Source: Octopus vulgaris (lineage: Eukaryota). Taken from it: 64,000 nt of DNA. The DNA is taken from assembly GCA_951406725.2 (NCBI GenBank), contig OX597830.1, forward strand, positions 9,114,001 through 9,178,000, in the 5' to 3' direction. The notes under the pieces are model-generated. The model was not told the DNA's origin and made no database searches. It worked only from the letters and a program-made list of their open reading frames with translations. Positions 1-11,822 of the stretch are shown here, piece after piece. How positions within the stretch are numbered: position 1 is the first letter of the stretch; the number at the start of each line of letters is the position of its first letter. Made by a program: the position numbers and the translations under genes.

Positions 1-72
1 GGCTGGGACCAGATGATGCATCGCGATGACAGAAAAACTACGGAGATAGTCCGCGGTCGATTTTGTGAAGAG
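1..72 (+). CDS. CFAP90: Penultimate coding exon (5'-partial) of CFAP90/C5orf49-like ciliary protein
   Basis: Frame 1 reads GWDQMMHRDDRKTTEIVRGRFCEE and ends at GAG|gtaagc (phase 0). It resembles the GYDQKLHRDDR motif of CFAP90 as recalled from memory; no search was run. Confidence 0.8.
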
Positions 73-287
73 GTAAGCTCACTTTAGTTATTGTGAGTTC
101 ATAAAAGTTGCATTGCCAGTCTCCCCCCTCTTTTTTCTCTCCTCTTCTCGCTTTTATTGAACTCAATGTCAGGGTTTCACGAAAACGTCCCATTGATGGA
201 GATGCATTAAGTCTGCCGAGTGATTTGATCTTAAAACGAGTAATGAAACTAAAATTATTATAGCGTGGAAGACACACATTAAACCTG

Positions 288-570
288 GTTCTCCGTCGGT
301 TACGATGATTGGTGTTCCGGTTGATCTGATCAATGGTTCAACCTGCTCGTGAAATTAACGTACAAGTGGCTGAGCACTCCGCAGACACACGTACTCTCAG
401 GGAGATTCAGCGTGACACAGAATATGACAAGGGTGGTCCTTGCAATTAAAGGTGCAACATATTTTTGCCATTCGAATGGACTGGAGCAAAGAGAAATAAA
501 GTGTCTTGCTCAAGGATAAAATGCATCGCCGAGAATCGAACTCACGACTTATGATCGTGGGCTGAATACT
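288..570 (-). mobile_element. SINE family B, degenerate/partial copy
   Basis: Reverse complement of the gtgctcagccacttgcacgttaatttcacgagcagg...cgtaaccgacggag tail seen at 8145 and 11450. Confidence 0.7.
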
Positions 571-631
571 CCTCTCATCAAAGTTTTTGCATTGAATTTA
601 AATTAGAATTAGAAAAAAAAAAAGAGATCAT

Positions 632-830
632 AGGCGCAGGAGTGGCTGTGTGGTAAGAAGCTTGCTTCCCAACCACATGGTTCCGGGTTCAGCCCCACTG
701 CCTGGCACCTTGAGCAAGTGTCTTCAATTATAATCTCGGACCCACCAAAGCCTTGTGAGTGGATTAGGTGGACGGAAACTGAAAGAAGCCGATTGTATAA
801 ATATATATGTCTGTGTTTGTCACCCCCACC
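632..830 (+). mobile_element. tRNA-derived SINE family A, 5' part
   Basis: ggcgcaggagtggctgtgtggtaag...ggttcagccccactg head with A/B-box-like motifs, repeated many times in the window. Confidence 0.8.
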
Positions 831-881
831 AAGCGATAGTAGCATGGTAGGTGGGGGGAGACAAACACAGACACAGGAACA

Positions 882-938
<57 letters not shown>

Positions 939-939
939 T

Positions 940-2350
940 AAATAATGAGGGTAGAAATTAATATTAATTAATATAAATTTAAACCAGCATACTTTAAAAA
1001 TCCGAAGATTAAGAAAATTATATTACATACCTGTACAAGGGGAATAATCGCCAAGGTGGATTCCTAATATGCTAGAAGAAGATGCTAAATTGTCTTACCA
1101 CGAAGAATGTGTTCATAAGAAATTTCAGCAAACACCAGAATGTAAAACGAGCGAGACAAATGAAAAGATACAAAATTTAGCGGATCTTTTCCTTTTGAAA
1201 GGCACCCAATTTCTGGTTAAAACTTCGTATACTGGTAGAATGTGTCAAAATAAAACAGTTTTTTCTCTTGGCTTTCTTGAGAAAATTGTAATTTGTTTGT
1301 TTAACGTAGTTTAATTTTTCGAATTTTAACCAATCCTATGCTCTCTTTTGAGCTAAAATCATTTGCTGCATCTAAAACTGAGACAACATTCTGTCACTAA
1401 CCCTAAACCTCCTCTAACCGTAACCCTAAATTTTTTTCTTAATTGTTATATTAATTTAATTGTTACACGTGTAAAAAAAAACTAAAGCAATGGAAAATAA
1501 TTTAAACAATTAACAAAATAATTCTATAATTTTATACACACGCTTTCCGTAAAACACGCTTTCCGTATACGTACAGAAAGCGTGTGTATAAAATTATAGA
1601 ATTATTTTGTTTGTTAATTGTTTAAATTATTTTCCATTGCTTTAGTTTTAGCCTTCCATTTTTTTTTACACGCGTAACAATTAAATTAATATAACAATTA
1701 AGAAAAAAAAAATTAGGGTTAGGGGGGAAGTTTAGGGTTAGTTACAGGATATTGTCTCAGTTTTAGACGCAGCAAATGATTTTAGTTCAATGGAGGAAAT
1801 CGATTGGTTAAAATTGCCGAAATGCTCGGATTTTGAGACGAAATATCTTACAAACTATAGAATTTTCTCAATAAAACCAAGAGTAAATGATGTTTTATAA
1901 ACACATTCTACCAGTATACGAAGTTTAAAACTTTTTAGTTACCTAGAAATTATGTTACAAACTGCCGTTCAAAAGGAAAAGATCCAATTTAGCAATAAAC
2001 TTCATACCTGTTAACATTCAAGGATGTAAATGTGCGCAGTTCTTCAGTATGGTCGTCGCATGGAAAACATAATTCACAGAACTAGACTCAAGACGTCCTC
2101 CCGAAAGAGAACGTGAATAAAGTTCTGTCGCTTATAATTGAAGAAGTCAGCAGTTAATAAATTTCCGCAGCGAATTTACCGGTTAGAGCACATGGTTTTT
2201 AAAAGTTAAATAATGAGGATAGAGATTAGTATTAATTAATTAATATCAATTTAAACCAATGGCCTAGCATACTTTAAAAATTCGAAGATTAAGAAATTAT
2301 ATTTCATAGAGGAATAACCACCAAGGTGGATTCTTAATATGCTAGAAGAA
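940..2350. mobile_element. Penelope-like terminal-repeat remnant interrupted by a fold-back element
   Basis: Direct repeat of about 140 bp at 940-1080 and 2208-2350 (taaataatgagg...ccaaggtggatt...aatatgctagaagaa), starting at a microsatellite. Confidence 0.5.
1182..1985. mobile_element. Fold-back non-autonomous DNA transposon (804 bp) with telomere-like repeats
   Basis: TIR GGATCTTTTCCTTTTGAA / TTCAAAAGGAAAAGATCC; exact 8-bp TSD AATTTAGC (1174-1181 and 1986-1993); arms complementary almost to the centre. Confidence 0.85.
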
Positions 2351-2582
2351 TTTACTCACAAGGCTTTAATCGGCCCGAGGCTAAAGTAGAAGACACTTGC
2401 CCATGGTGCCGCGCAGTGGGACTGAACCCGGAACCACATGATTGGGAAGCAAGCCACTTATCATACAGCTACTCCTGCGATAATTTTTGTCTCTTTACTT
2501 TCCAAAATTTCTTCTTCATTTCTGGATCATTCTTTGGTATTCTTTGTTCATGATTTTCCATTTTATTCTCTTTGTTGAACAG

Positions 2583-2711
2583 GAAAGACGTCGCGGTGTC
2601 CCCCTCGCTTCTTCCTCTTTCTATGGCAGACATGTTATAGGGCCATTGGAATCCCATTCACGAGTGCATGCCAAACGGGTTTTGATCACAGGACCCGGAG
2701 GAAATGTATAG
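2583..2711 (+). CDS. CFAP90: Terminal coding exon of CFAP90-like gene
   Basis: Pyrimidine tract plus aacag| acceptor, phase 0. Reads ERRRGVPLASSSFYGRHVIGPLESHSRVHAKRVLITGPGGNV*, similar to the recalled CFAP90 segment EQERPVGVLTSSVYGKRINQPIE. Confidence 0.8.
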   Translation, partial: ERRRGVPLASSSFYGRHVIGPLESHSRVHAKRVLITGPGGNV

Positions 2712-2757
2712 GTTTTACAGAATTCGTTTTACAAACTTGCAAAAAGTCTAAGGAGTA

Positions 2758-2763
2758 AATAAA
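2758..2763 (+). promoter_or_regulatory. Polyadenylation signal of CFAP90-like gene
   Basis: AATAAA about 47 nt after the TAG stop. Confidence 0.55.
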
Positions 2764-2793
2764 ATATTTCACAGATTTTGCCTTTAGTTGCGC

Positions 2794-3012
2794 TTACTCT
2801 TTACTCTTTTACTCTTTTACTTGTTTCAGTCATTTCACTGCGGCCATGCTGGAGCACCGCCTTTAGTCGATCAAATCGACCCCGGGACTTATTCTTTGTA
2901 AGCCCAGTACTTATTCTAGCGGACTCTTTTGCCGAACTGCTAAGTGACGGGGACGTAAAGACACCAGCATCGGTTGTCAAGCAATGCTAGGGGGACAAAC
3001 ACAGACACAAAA

Positions 3013-3045
<33 letters not shown>

Positions 3046-3217
3046 CATATATACGACAGGCTTCTTTCAGTTTCTGTCTACCAAATCCACTCACAAGGCA
3101 TTGGTCGGCCCGGGGGCTATAGCAGAAGACACTTGCCCAAGATGCCACGCAGTGGGACTGAACCCGGAACCATGTGGTTGGTTAGCAAGCTACTTACCAC
3201 ACAGCCACTCCTGCGCT
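2794..3217 (-). mobile_element. SINE family A, full-length copy
   Basis: tRNA-like head at 3217, internal (CA)n/(TA)n, tail ...gactgaaacaagtaaaagagtaaaagag. Confidence 0.85.
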
Positions 3218-3397
3218 TGAGTGTTCTATTGTTTTTTTAAATTTTTTATTTTTATTTAAGTAGCACGTGTTGGGGCTGGGCACAGAAGTTCTCATCTTTG
3301 TTGGGGAGGGGAGCGGAATCTGTATTTGTAAGGAGGAGGCAAGGCTAGAAAGGAACCGGGAAAAAATATGACATTCATCAAGGGGAGAAAAAACGTA

Positions 3398-3616
3398 TAG
3401 TGGAGCCTCGGTTTACGAACACCTCTTATCAACAATGGTTGACGACATGCTGGCCGTATCAGTTGCTGTCTAGCTTTCGCTCACTGCACATTCCGGCTCG
3501 AATTTACTGTGCTTTCTCCTGAATTTCTTATGGGGAAACTAGTTTTGGTCTATGAACATTTCAGGTGACGAACGGCCTTCAGGAACAAATTGAATTCGTA
3601 AACCGAGATTCCACCT
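3398..3616. mobile_element. Tc1/pogo-type MITE
   Basis: Imperfect TIR tagtggagcctcggtttacgaa / ttcgtaaaccgagattccacct, flanked by TA. Confidence 0.65.
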
Positions 3617-4259
3617 TATTTATTTGTACACGGTGAAATGGTTCAAGGATGCAGATTTGTAAGGAAGAGGAAAAAGGCTACTACGTGTGCATATGTATAT
3701 ATGCATGTCTATAAGCGTGTAACTATATTTAAATGCTTATTGTATTAAAAATCACTTCAGCTAAAGGCTCCGAGGAAGCGTATGATGAAGCACTGATACT
3801 CAACATTAAAGGCACGGTTCCTTATATCCGAAACAGCTGTAACCTAGAGAATGAGATTACGCAACTCCTCTTTTGTTACTCGTTAGTGTACACACATACA
3901 AACACACGTGCGTGTGTATGTGTGTGTGTGCATTAAAATTGAGTTGTTATTATATAGCGTGTTTTAGACAAGGAACAGAATTGATGGGGAAACTAAGTGC
4001 TGGAATTAGAATTAAATTTATTCTAGATTAAACAGAAACATCGGTGTCTGATAGTCCGCAATATTAATTTAAAATCATTTCGCGGTACCTCGAGTCGGAG
4101 AAAGATGATTCCACAATTCCTTGCCAAAGGAGTTGCTCAGATGGTTTGTTTATATTGATCAAAAGATTCTACTGGACATGAACACGTTCCCTCTCTCCAT
4201 CAAATCGTCATTACCTATACAGGTGTACAGTGTATCACTCGTCAGATGTCGAAATTGTT

Positions 4260-4667
4260 AAGGCGGCAATCTGACAGAAACGTTAGCACGCTGGGCGAAA
4301 TGCTTAGCGGTATTTCGTCTGTCTTTACGTTCTGAGTTCAAATTCCACCGGGGTCGACTTTGCCTTTCATCCTTTCGGGGTCGATTATATAAGTACCAGT
4401 TACGTACTGGGGTCGATGTAATCGACTTAATCCCTTTGTCAGTCCTTGTTTGTCCTCTCTGTGTTTAGCCCCTTGTGGGTTGTAAAGAAATAGGTATTTC
4501 GTCTGTCTTCATGTTCTGAGTTCAAATTCCGCCGAGGTCGACTTTGCCTTTCATCCTATCGGGGTTGATAAATTAAGTACCAGTTCCATACTGGGGTCAA
4601 TGGGGTTCCATACTGGGGTCAATGGGGTTCCATACTGGCCCTTCCTCCTAGAGTAGAGTAGAAAAGA
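4260..4667 (+). mobile_element. SINE family C (MetaSINE-like core) with internal tandem unit
   Basis: aaggcgg...gtcgactttgcctttcatcctttcggggtcgat...aagtaccag core; flanking direct repeat agatgtcgaa(a/g)ttgtt as TSD. Confidence 0.8.
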
Positions 4668-5049
4668 TGTCGAAGTTGTTCTCCAACACCGAATCCCATA
4701 GAGGGCGCTGTCCAACGTTTCAGTGTTCATCACTGGTTCTCAACCGGGGTGCATATGGCCCTTAGGGGTCCCTATAAGGTTTTATTGTTAAAATTTATCT
4801 GCAACAAACTCGTTATGCTTCTACAACACATACATTTTTTTAAATGCAATCCCTAAAAGTATTTAATTATTCTTTTACTTGTTTCAGTCATTTTGACTGC
4901 GGCCATGCTGGAGTACCGCCTCTAGTCGAATAAATCGACCCCTGGACTTATTCTTTGTAAACCTAGTATTTATTCTATCGTTCTCTTATGTCGAACCGCT
5001 AGGTTACGGGGACGTAAACACACCAGCGTCGGTTGTCAAGCGATGGTGA

Positions 5050-5112
<63 letters not shown>

Positions 5113-5174
5113 AACACACACAACTGCTTGTTGTTTACACACCTGTCCTCGTTTATTGCTTTTTTGTAAATTCC

Positions 5175-5242
<68 letters not shown>

Positions 5243-5247
<5 letters not shown>

Positions 5248-5751
5248 TCAATTTAGGGTAGCAAAAAATTCAATAGAAATTTATCGCTACCAACGGCCTG
5301 GTGGAAAAGAGAAAATAGTCATCGACTAAGTATATAAATATAACAATTTAGGAATGACCCTAACAGGTCATTCGTCCACCAGAAAGAGCAGCCATAACTC
5401 ACACCGCCAAGTAGTAGTAATTCAAAAATTAGGTGAAAATTCAAAAACATTTACCCTAATTCATCTTTTAGACGTTGCAACGTTTCTGTGTCATTAATGA
5501 TTAAATTAGCTTAATTAAATTAAATTAAGCTAATCTACCATAGGTTACACTTCATCAGTAAAAGACCTGGGATAGACAAATATACACGAGGCGTCTGTAT
5601 CGATGCCTAGGGAATATCTGTCTTAAAATTTTCAAGACTGACGTATTCGCGCCAAACTTATCAGCAGTAAATATAAACTGCCGATTCAATCTCAGAATTA
5701 TTCAGAAAATTATCAATTAGTCAATTTAGGGTAGCAAAAAAAATTCAATAG
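5243..5751 (-). mobile_element. Penelope/retrozyme-like unit inserted in (TA)n
   Basis: Terminal direct repeat attagtcaatttagggtagcaaaaaa..ttcaataga at 5243 and 5716; contains a hammerhead motif. Confidence 0.65.
5464..5565 (-). ncRNA. Type I hammerhead ribozyme motif
   Basis: TCTTTTA-CTGATGA-[stem II]-GAAACG-TTGCAA-CGTC-TAAAAGA: 7-bp stem I, palindromic stem III ACGTTGCAACGT, GUC site; A-A mismatch at the base of stem II. Confidence 0.75.
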
Positions 5752-5916
5752 ATATATATATATATATTTTGAAATGGAAAGATGAATTATCTTGTTACGG
5801 ATTACTCAAAAGTTTAACCGATACCTGGGTAGCAAAAATCACAGCAGAAAAAACACGGTTGGAGTTATGACCATAGGGTGTTGCAACCGTGCGTTGGCGC
5901 GGATAATTGAAGTTTA

Positions 5917-6326
5917 ATATAATTAGTGAATGGAAGAAATGGAGTTGAACGAAGATTGTACAGAATTCCTTTTATTACATTCTACACAGGTTTCAAAGGC
6001 CACAATTTTCCAAATTCTGATTAAATAAGGATACCATATTGCAGCTTTCTCTTCAGGAAAAACCAGGAATTACGTTGTCAGAACAAAACAAAACAAAGGC
6101 GCAGCAAAGCAATTCGTTCGAATTCGTCCTCGTTCGAATTGCTTTGCTGCGCCTTTGTTTTGTTTTGTTCTGACAACGTAATTCCTGGTTTTTCCTGAAG
6201 AGAAAAGCTGCAATATGGTATCCTTATTCAATCAGAATTTGGAAAATTGTGGCCTTTGAAACATGTGTAGAATGTAATAAAAGGAATTCTGTACAATCTT
6301 CGTTCAACTCCATTTCTTCCATTCAC

Positions 6327-6335
<9 letters not shown>
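5917..6335. repeat. Near-perfect palindrome (arms about 200 bp) in a Penelope-like remnant
   Basis: 5917-6116 is the reverse complement of 6135-6335 with about 2 mismatches and an 18-nt spacer. The arms carry a CTGAAGA...GAAACATGTGTA hammerhead-like motif. Confidence 0.9.
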
Positions 6336-6405
<70 letters not shown>

Positions 6406-6463
6406 TTTACAAAAAAGCAATAAACGAGGACAGGTGTGTAAACAACAAGCAGTTGTGTGTGTT

Positions 6464-6501
<38 letters not shown>

Positions 6502-6502
<1 letters not shown>

Positions 6503-7598
6503 TAGCATTATGACCCGTCGTTGCTGGGTCATAGTGCTAGTGCATGTATATATGAGTATATATATGTGTACATATTACATGTACATCTATATATATATAT
6601 ACATCTACACATAAAATACAAAATACAAAGTTATATCTTGACATCGCTAGTGATAACAATACTCAAAATATATAACAGACTGGAATGTCTCTTGCAATTT
6701 CGATCAGTTGTATCTTGTCCTCCCTCTTGTATAGAAGTGTGGCTACAATCCAGCCTACCTCTACCTCTGGGGAGACATTTTAAATTTTTATCCGGGACGT
6801 CCTACGTCCCGGATATAAAGGTAAAAATTAAATATTTTCACTTTGCAAGGTTCGAGTCGAGTACTCCCTTACACGCTCCGTTGACTCGAACCTTGCTTCT
6901 ATTGTGGCGAATTTACCGCCTCTGGTTAGATATCTTTCATAGTCGCACCAAGACACTTTTCGATGGTGCTTTCCTTCAGGTGTTCAAATCTTTTTTTTTC
7001 TCTACATCTTTTCTTTAATTTAATTTTTTATTTCGTTTGGTGGTGTTTGTCGGTGATCAATCCGAAATAGGTTTGTATTTCTTCCATTTTAATTTTAATG
7101 AGTTCGCGCCCGCCGACGGCTGCAGCGAAATTCATTTTTGGACTATTCCATTTCTGCACACTAATTTTATTTTTAATTTATTGCCATTCATGTGAAACCA
7201 CTTATTCAAGTTCAAGACATTGAGGCAATTTTATACCAATTGCTATTTTTACTTTTAATTGCTATGTTACGATTTAATTTAGTTTGATTTTAATTATTGC
7301 TTACTACGTATAATTCAATTGTTATTATTATCTCTAATTTTTATTGTTAAAGTGAAAGTATCTGACATAAAATAGAAAAATGTCTTTGTTTCACTTTTAA
7401 CACGTAATACTGAAATATGAGAACATATGATATTGCTATGGGCTCGCCCTAGGCAGGAAGTTGAACATTTTTTTTGCCCATGAAACTACATGGACCCTAA
7501 GTAAGGCATGTGTAAAATTTGAATGAAATTGGTTGTGTAGTTCTCAAGTTTTAGGTAACACACAGACAGACACACATTCTCAGTTTTATATATATAGA
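6502..7598 (-). mobile_element. Non-autonomous Helitron (about 1.1 kb)
   Basis: On -, begins TCTATATATATAAAACTGAG and ends with a hairpin then CTAG; inserted between A and T with no TSD. Confidence 0.75.
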
Positions 7599-8144
7599 TA
7601 TATACCGGAGTAAACACATAAATGTGAAACAAGGTGGAAAAAAGAGTAATCAAATACCAGGAGTAGAGTAATATGCTTTATTTAAAACCAGTAGTAATTC
7701 AACAAAACCTGTTTTTCGGAGTTTATATATATATAGACATATTTATCGGTTTTCAAGCGATAGTGGAAGGGGGAACGAACACAGACACACACACATACAC
7801 ACATGTATATGTATATACGAGGAGCTTCTTTCAGTTTCCATCTACCATACCACTCACAAGACTGTGGTCGGCTGGAGGCTACAGTATAAGACTCTTGCCC
7901 AATGTGCCATGCAGTGGGACTGAACCCAGAACCATGTGGTTGGGAAGCAAGCTTCTTACCACTCAGCCACTCCTGCCGCTTTTCCTAAGAATATTTAATT
8001 ATAAAAATATAATTTTGAAACAGTGAATGGGTATTAGGGTCCATCCAAGTGAAATAGGCATCGAAGGGGCCCAAAGGGGAAACAAGGGTTGAGAAACACT
8101 GGTGCACATGAATGTATTAAGTATATTCACAGACATATATACTT

Positions 8145-8510
8145 GGAGGCGCAATGGCCCAGTGGTTGGGGCAGCGGACTCGCGGTCGTAGGGTCGCAGT
8201 TTCGATTCCCAGACCGGGCGTTGTGAGTGTTTATTGAGCGAAAACACCCAAAGCTCCACGAGGCTCCGGCGTGGGGTGTTGGCGAACCCTGCTGTACTCC
8301 TTCACCACAGTTTTCTCTCACTCTTTCTTCTCGTTTCTTTTGTACCTGTATTTCGAAGGACCGGCCTTGTCACGCTGAATCTCCCCGAGAACTACGTTAA
8401 GGGTACACGTGTCTGTGGAGTGCTCAGCCACTTGCACGTTAATTTCATGAGCAGGTTGTTCCGTTGATTGGATCAACTGGAACTCTTTTCGTCGTAACCG
8501 ACGGAGTGCC
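8145..8510 (+). mobile_element. tRNA-derived SINE family B
   Basis: ggaggcgcaatggcccagtggtt...gtttcgattcccagaccgggcg head and cgtaaccgacggagtgcc tail; multiple copies in the window. Confidence 0.85.
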
Positions 8511-8559
8511 ACGACACATAGACACATACACATATGGATACTGCATGTCTGCTTTTAAA

Positions 8560-9433
8560 CCACAGCAAAATCCCACCCTCATAGAAAGCTGATGCCTATC
8601 ACAAACCATTTCTGACATAAGCCTTCTTCAATGCACTCATTGCAAAAATCAGAACCAAATCTGTAAAAGGTTGATGTAAAAAATTTATAAAAACAGTAGA
8701 GATAATGAAAGATGGAAAACACATTACGGTATACAGGAACTGACATCCTCAGCTGTCCATCTAATATTTTCATAGTTTCGACACCATGGACAGCACTACT
8801 CAGTCTGATTACTTCAACACTGAATAATAGTTTGAATACTGTTTGGGAATACTACGAACAGGAGATAAAGTGGAAATTACACACAGTCGTATGCACATAT
8901 AATGATACGAACATGGACGTACAAATGGGGGAAGGATTACTCAACGCATTAAGTAGAGTTTATTTGTTTGAAGATGATGAAGATTTTGTTGATCTGTAGG
9001 ATCTTTGAGATGATAAGGCAAAATGAAGGCAGTGTATATTGTTTCATATACTGAAATCTTCAGTATATTTGTGCGACAGTCAGTATTCATTGTCTGTATG
9101 TATGTGTATGTCTGTGTACGTGTATGTGTACATGTACTTGTATGTATAAGTATTTCTGTTTGACTTTTGATATTTCGTAGTTAAGACAATGGTTACAGAT
9201 GCACATCAGCTGTCTGTGTACCATTTCAAAAATCGTTGCTCTTGTACTTTACTTAATTCAACTTTCAGCTCGGAATTACTAACATGTGTCTTCTGGGAAA
9301 ATTGTCTTCAAAAGACTGGCTTTCTATCCAGTGGTAGATGTATTTCTCGAACGCTGGATATACGAATGGATCTCTTTGATTCTTAGGAATAGTTACTGTC
9401 TCACTTAATCAAAGAGGAATTGCGATTTCTATT
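8560..9433 (-). other. Probable 3'UTR of minus-strand gene
   Basis: Repeat-free sequence after the stop; AATAAA on - at 8964-8959. Confidence 0.5.
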
Positions 9434-10495
9434 TCAGATATCATTTAAAAACGTATCAATTTTCTTCTGAAAATCTGCACCCAGAACTGCCCGCTTGAGT
9501 TCTTCATTATCCCGAGAAATATTTGGTTCCTCTGTTGTGCCAGACGCCAAATTATTTAGATTTTGGTCAACCATTTTCTCCAGTGTCCTCATACACATAT
9601 CAACGTCTTCTGAATCTACAATAAAAGTTCCTTGTCTACGAATTCTTGGTCTCTGTTCAGTTTCAGGCAAAATCGTCAGATTTTTGCTTGGATCAAACTG
9701 GTTTCCTCTGCCTGGAATATTGCTGTTTCCAACCGAATAATTTATTCCCGGAGAGGAATTTTGAAGAGGGTTTACCGAGGAGCCAACTCTGCTATTTACC
9801 GAAGTTCGATGAGGATTTTCGAAACTGTTACCCAATGTTTCCGCTTTAGCCGAATTGTTCCAAACATTTGAATCGGCACCTGCACCTGCTCCTCCTGTCT
9901 CTCCTCCCACTCTTCCCTTTTCTGCTGGTTCTCTATTTTTCCTCTGTCTTGGCTTTCTTCCGTCAATATCCCCTACTTTATTTCCCCCTCTTCCTTCCCT
10001 TCCAGAATATTCTCTTTCTGAATTTTGTCGAACCTTTCCCGAAGTACTGTTCGTATGTGTAGCTTCGGCTGCTGCTGCTGATGCGAGTAGTGACGATGAT
10101 GATGGTAATGGCGGTAGTGATGTTGCCGACAAAGAGTTCGTAGAATGAGGCTGGTTGTGTCTTGGATTATCATCGACAGCAGTTGGATTGCTTCCTCGAA
10201 CCGGTTGTCTTTGGGATTGGTGAGAAGAGTGGATTGGACATTTCTTGTCTTCTAGAGGACAAGGTTCGCGGCAGAACGCCGCAAACTCATCATCATAACT
10301 ATCGTGAGCAGCTGCGGCAGCGCCGCCACCGACGCCACCGACGCCGCCACCGACGCCGCCACCGACGCCGCCACTGCCGCCGCCACCTCCACCGCCATCG
10401 CTAACACCAGCACCAACACTAGCACCACCAACACTAACACCATCAACATCACCATTTTCCTTGTTATTCTGTTTATGATTCCGTTTATTATTATT

Positions 10496-10552
<57 letters not shown>

Positions 10553-10669
10553 GGTAGGTTGGGGCTCTTCAACTGACCTCACAGATACCGAAGAAACGGT
10601 ATCCGTTCGATTTTCTTCCGGCTGTTTTTCTTCTTCGCTATCTTCCCTTCTTTCGATTGCATCAGAACC
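9434..10669 (-). CDS. Terminal coding exon (411 codons) of an uncharacterised disordered protein
   Basis: Acceptor tctttttgtag|GGT, phase 0. Reads GSDAIERREDSEEEKQPEE...poly-N, poly-G...RIRRQGTFIVD...LGADFQKKIDTFLNDI*. Long open frame, GC-richer than the flanks. Confidence 0.8.
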
Positions 10670-10817
10670 CTACAAAAAGAAAAAAATATCATATACATAT
10701 ATATATATATAGTAAATAAAAAAAAAACGAAGAACAAACACAAGTTAAAGAAACAACAGCGCGAGGACGTGATACATGCAAAGTATTAGCAGACGCCCAG
10801 GGAAGGAAAGAAAGGTG

Positions 10818-10852
10818 GTTTTACGTTTCGAGCAAAGCTCTTCTTCAGAAAC
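10818..10852 (-). ncRNA. Minimal hammerhead-like motif in a short Penelope-derived element (about 10730-10910)
   Basis: GTTT-CTGAAGA-A-GAGC-TTT-GCTC-GAAACGTA-AAAC; related copies at 15529, 23080, 49614 and 63932. Confidence 0.6.
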
Positions 10853-10910
10853 AAGAGACCAAGGATGACGGAGGAAAAAAATCGCCAACGATTCACATGT
10901 GCTTACAATT

Positions 10911-10999
<89 letters not shown>

Positions 11000-11449
11000 C
11001 ATATATATGTGTACATGAATATGTGTATACATGAATATGTGTATACATGAATATAGTAATTAAAAAAATACAGAGGACCACCATCAAAATAAATTACCCA
11101 AAGCATAAATACGCCGAGAAAAATATATTTATTGAAAATATTTCTCGACACTTTGCTAACAGCGTTTCGATCGAAAGATCTTATCAAGCAGCGAAGAGAA
11201 AATTGAAATTTCGGGTGAATAAGCTTTTCGCGAAGAGAATTACGTTGCAGTTTGTTGTAAGTGGTAAGTGAGGTAATTGAATGGTAAATATCATAGAAAT
11301 TCAAATATTTAATTAAAGGGAGTTAATATAGGAAGGTGATAATGTTAACGTATATGCGTTTCTACTAATCTGCACAGCAAAAAATATCACAAAGCTGGAG
11401 GTAAGAGATAAGTGGAATGGTTTGATGGACTATTAAGATAGAAAGGGGA

Positions 11450-11822
11450 TATGGTTATATGTTTAGGGCAGCGGACTCGCGGTCGTAGGATCGTGATTTC
11501 GATTCCCAGACCGGGCGTTGTGAGTGTTTATTGAGCGAAAACACCTAAAAGCTCCACGAGGCTCCGGCAGGGATGGTGGTGATCCCTGCTGTACTCTTTC
11601 ACCATAACTTTCTCTCACTCTTACTTCCTGTTTCTGTTGTACCTGTATTTCAAAGGGCCGGCCTTGTCACTCTCTGTGTCACGCTGAATATCCCCGAGAA
11701 CTACGTTAAGGATACACGTGTCTGTGGAGTGTTCAGTCACTTACACGTTAATTTCACGAGCAGGCCGTTCCGTTGATCGGATCAACCGGAACCCTCGTCG
11801 TCGTAACCGACGGAGTGCTTCC
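11450..11822 (+). mobile_element. SINE family B
   Basis: Same head and tail as the 8145 copy. Confidence 0.85.

Larger units (their letters stand above)
4731..8101. mobile_element. hAT-type MITE split by nested insertions
   Basis: Left end cactggttctcaacc, right end ggttgagaaacactg; flanking 8-mers GTGTTCAT / GTGCACAT match 6 of 8. Confidence 0.6.

Noticed and set aside
1398-1742. Telomere fusion scar
   Set aside because: Only a few degenerate units, embedded symmetrically in a TSD-bounded transposon.
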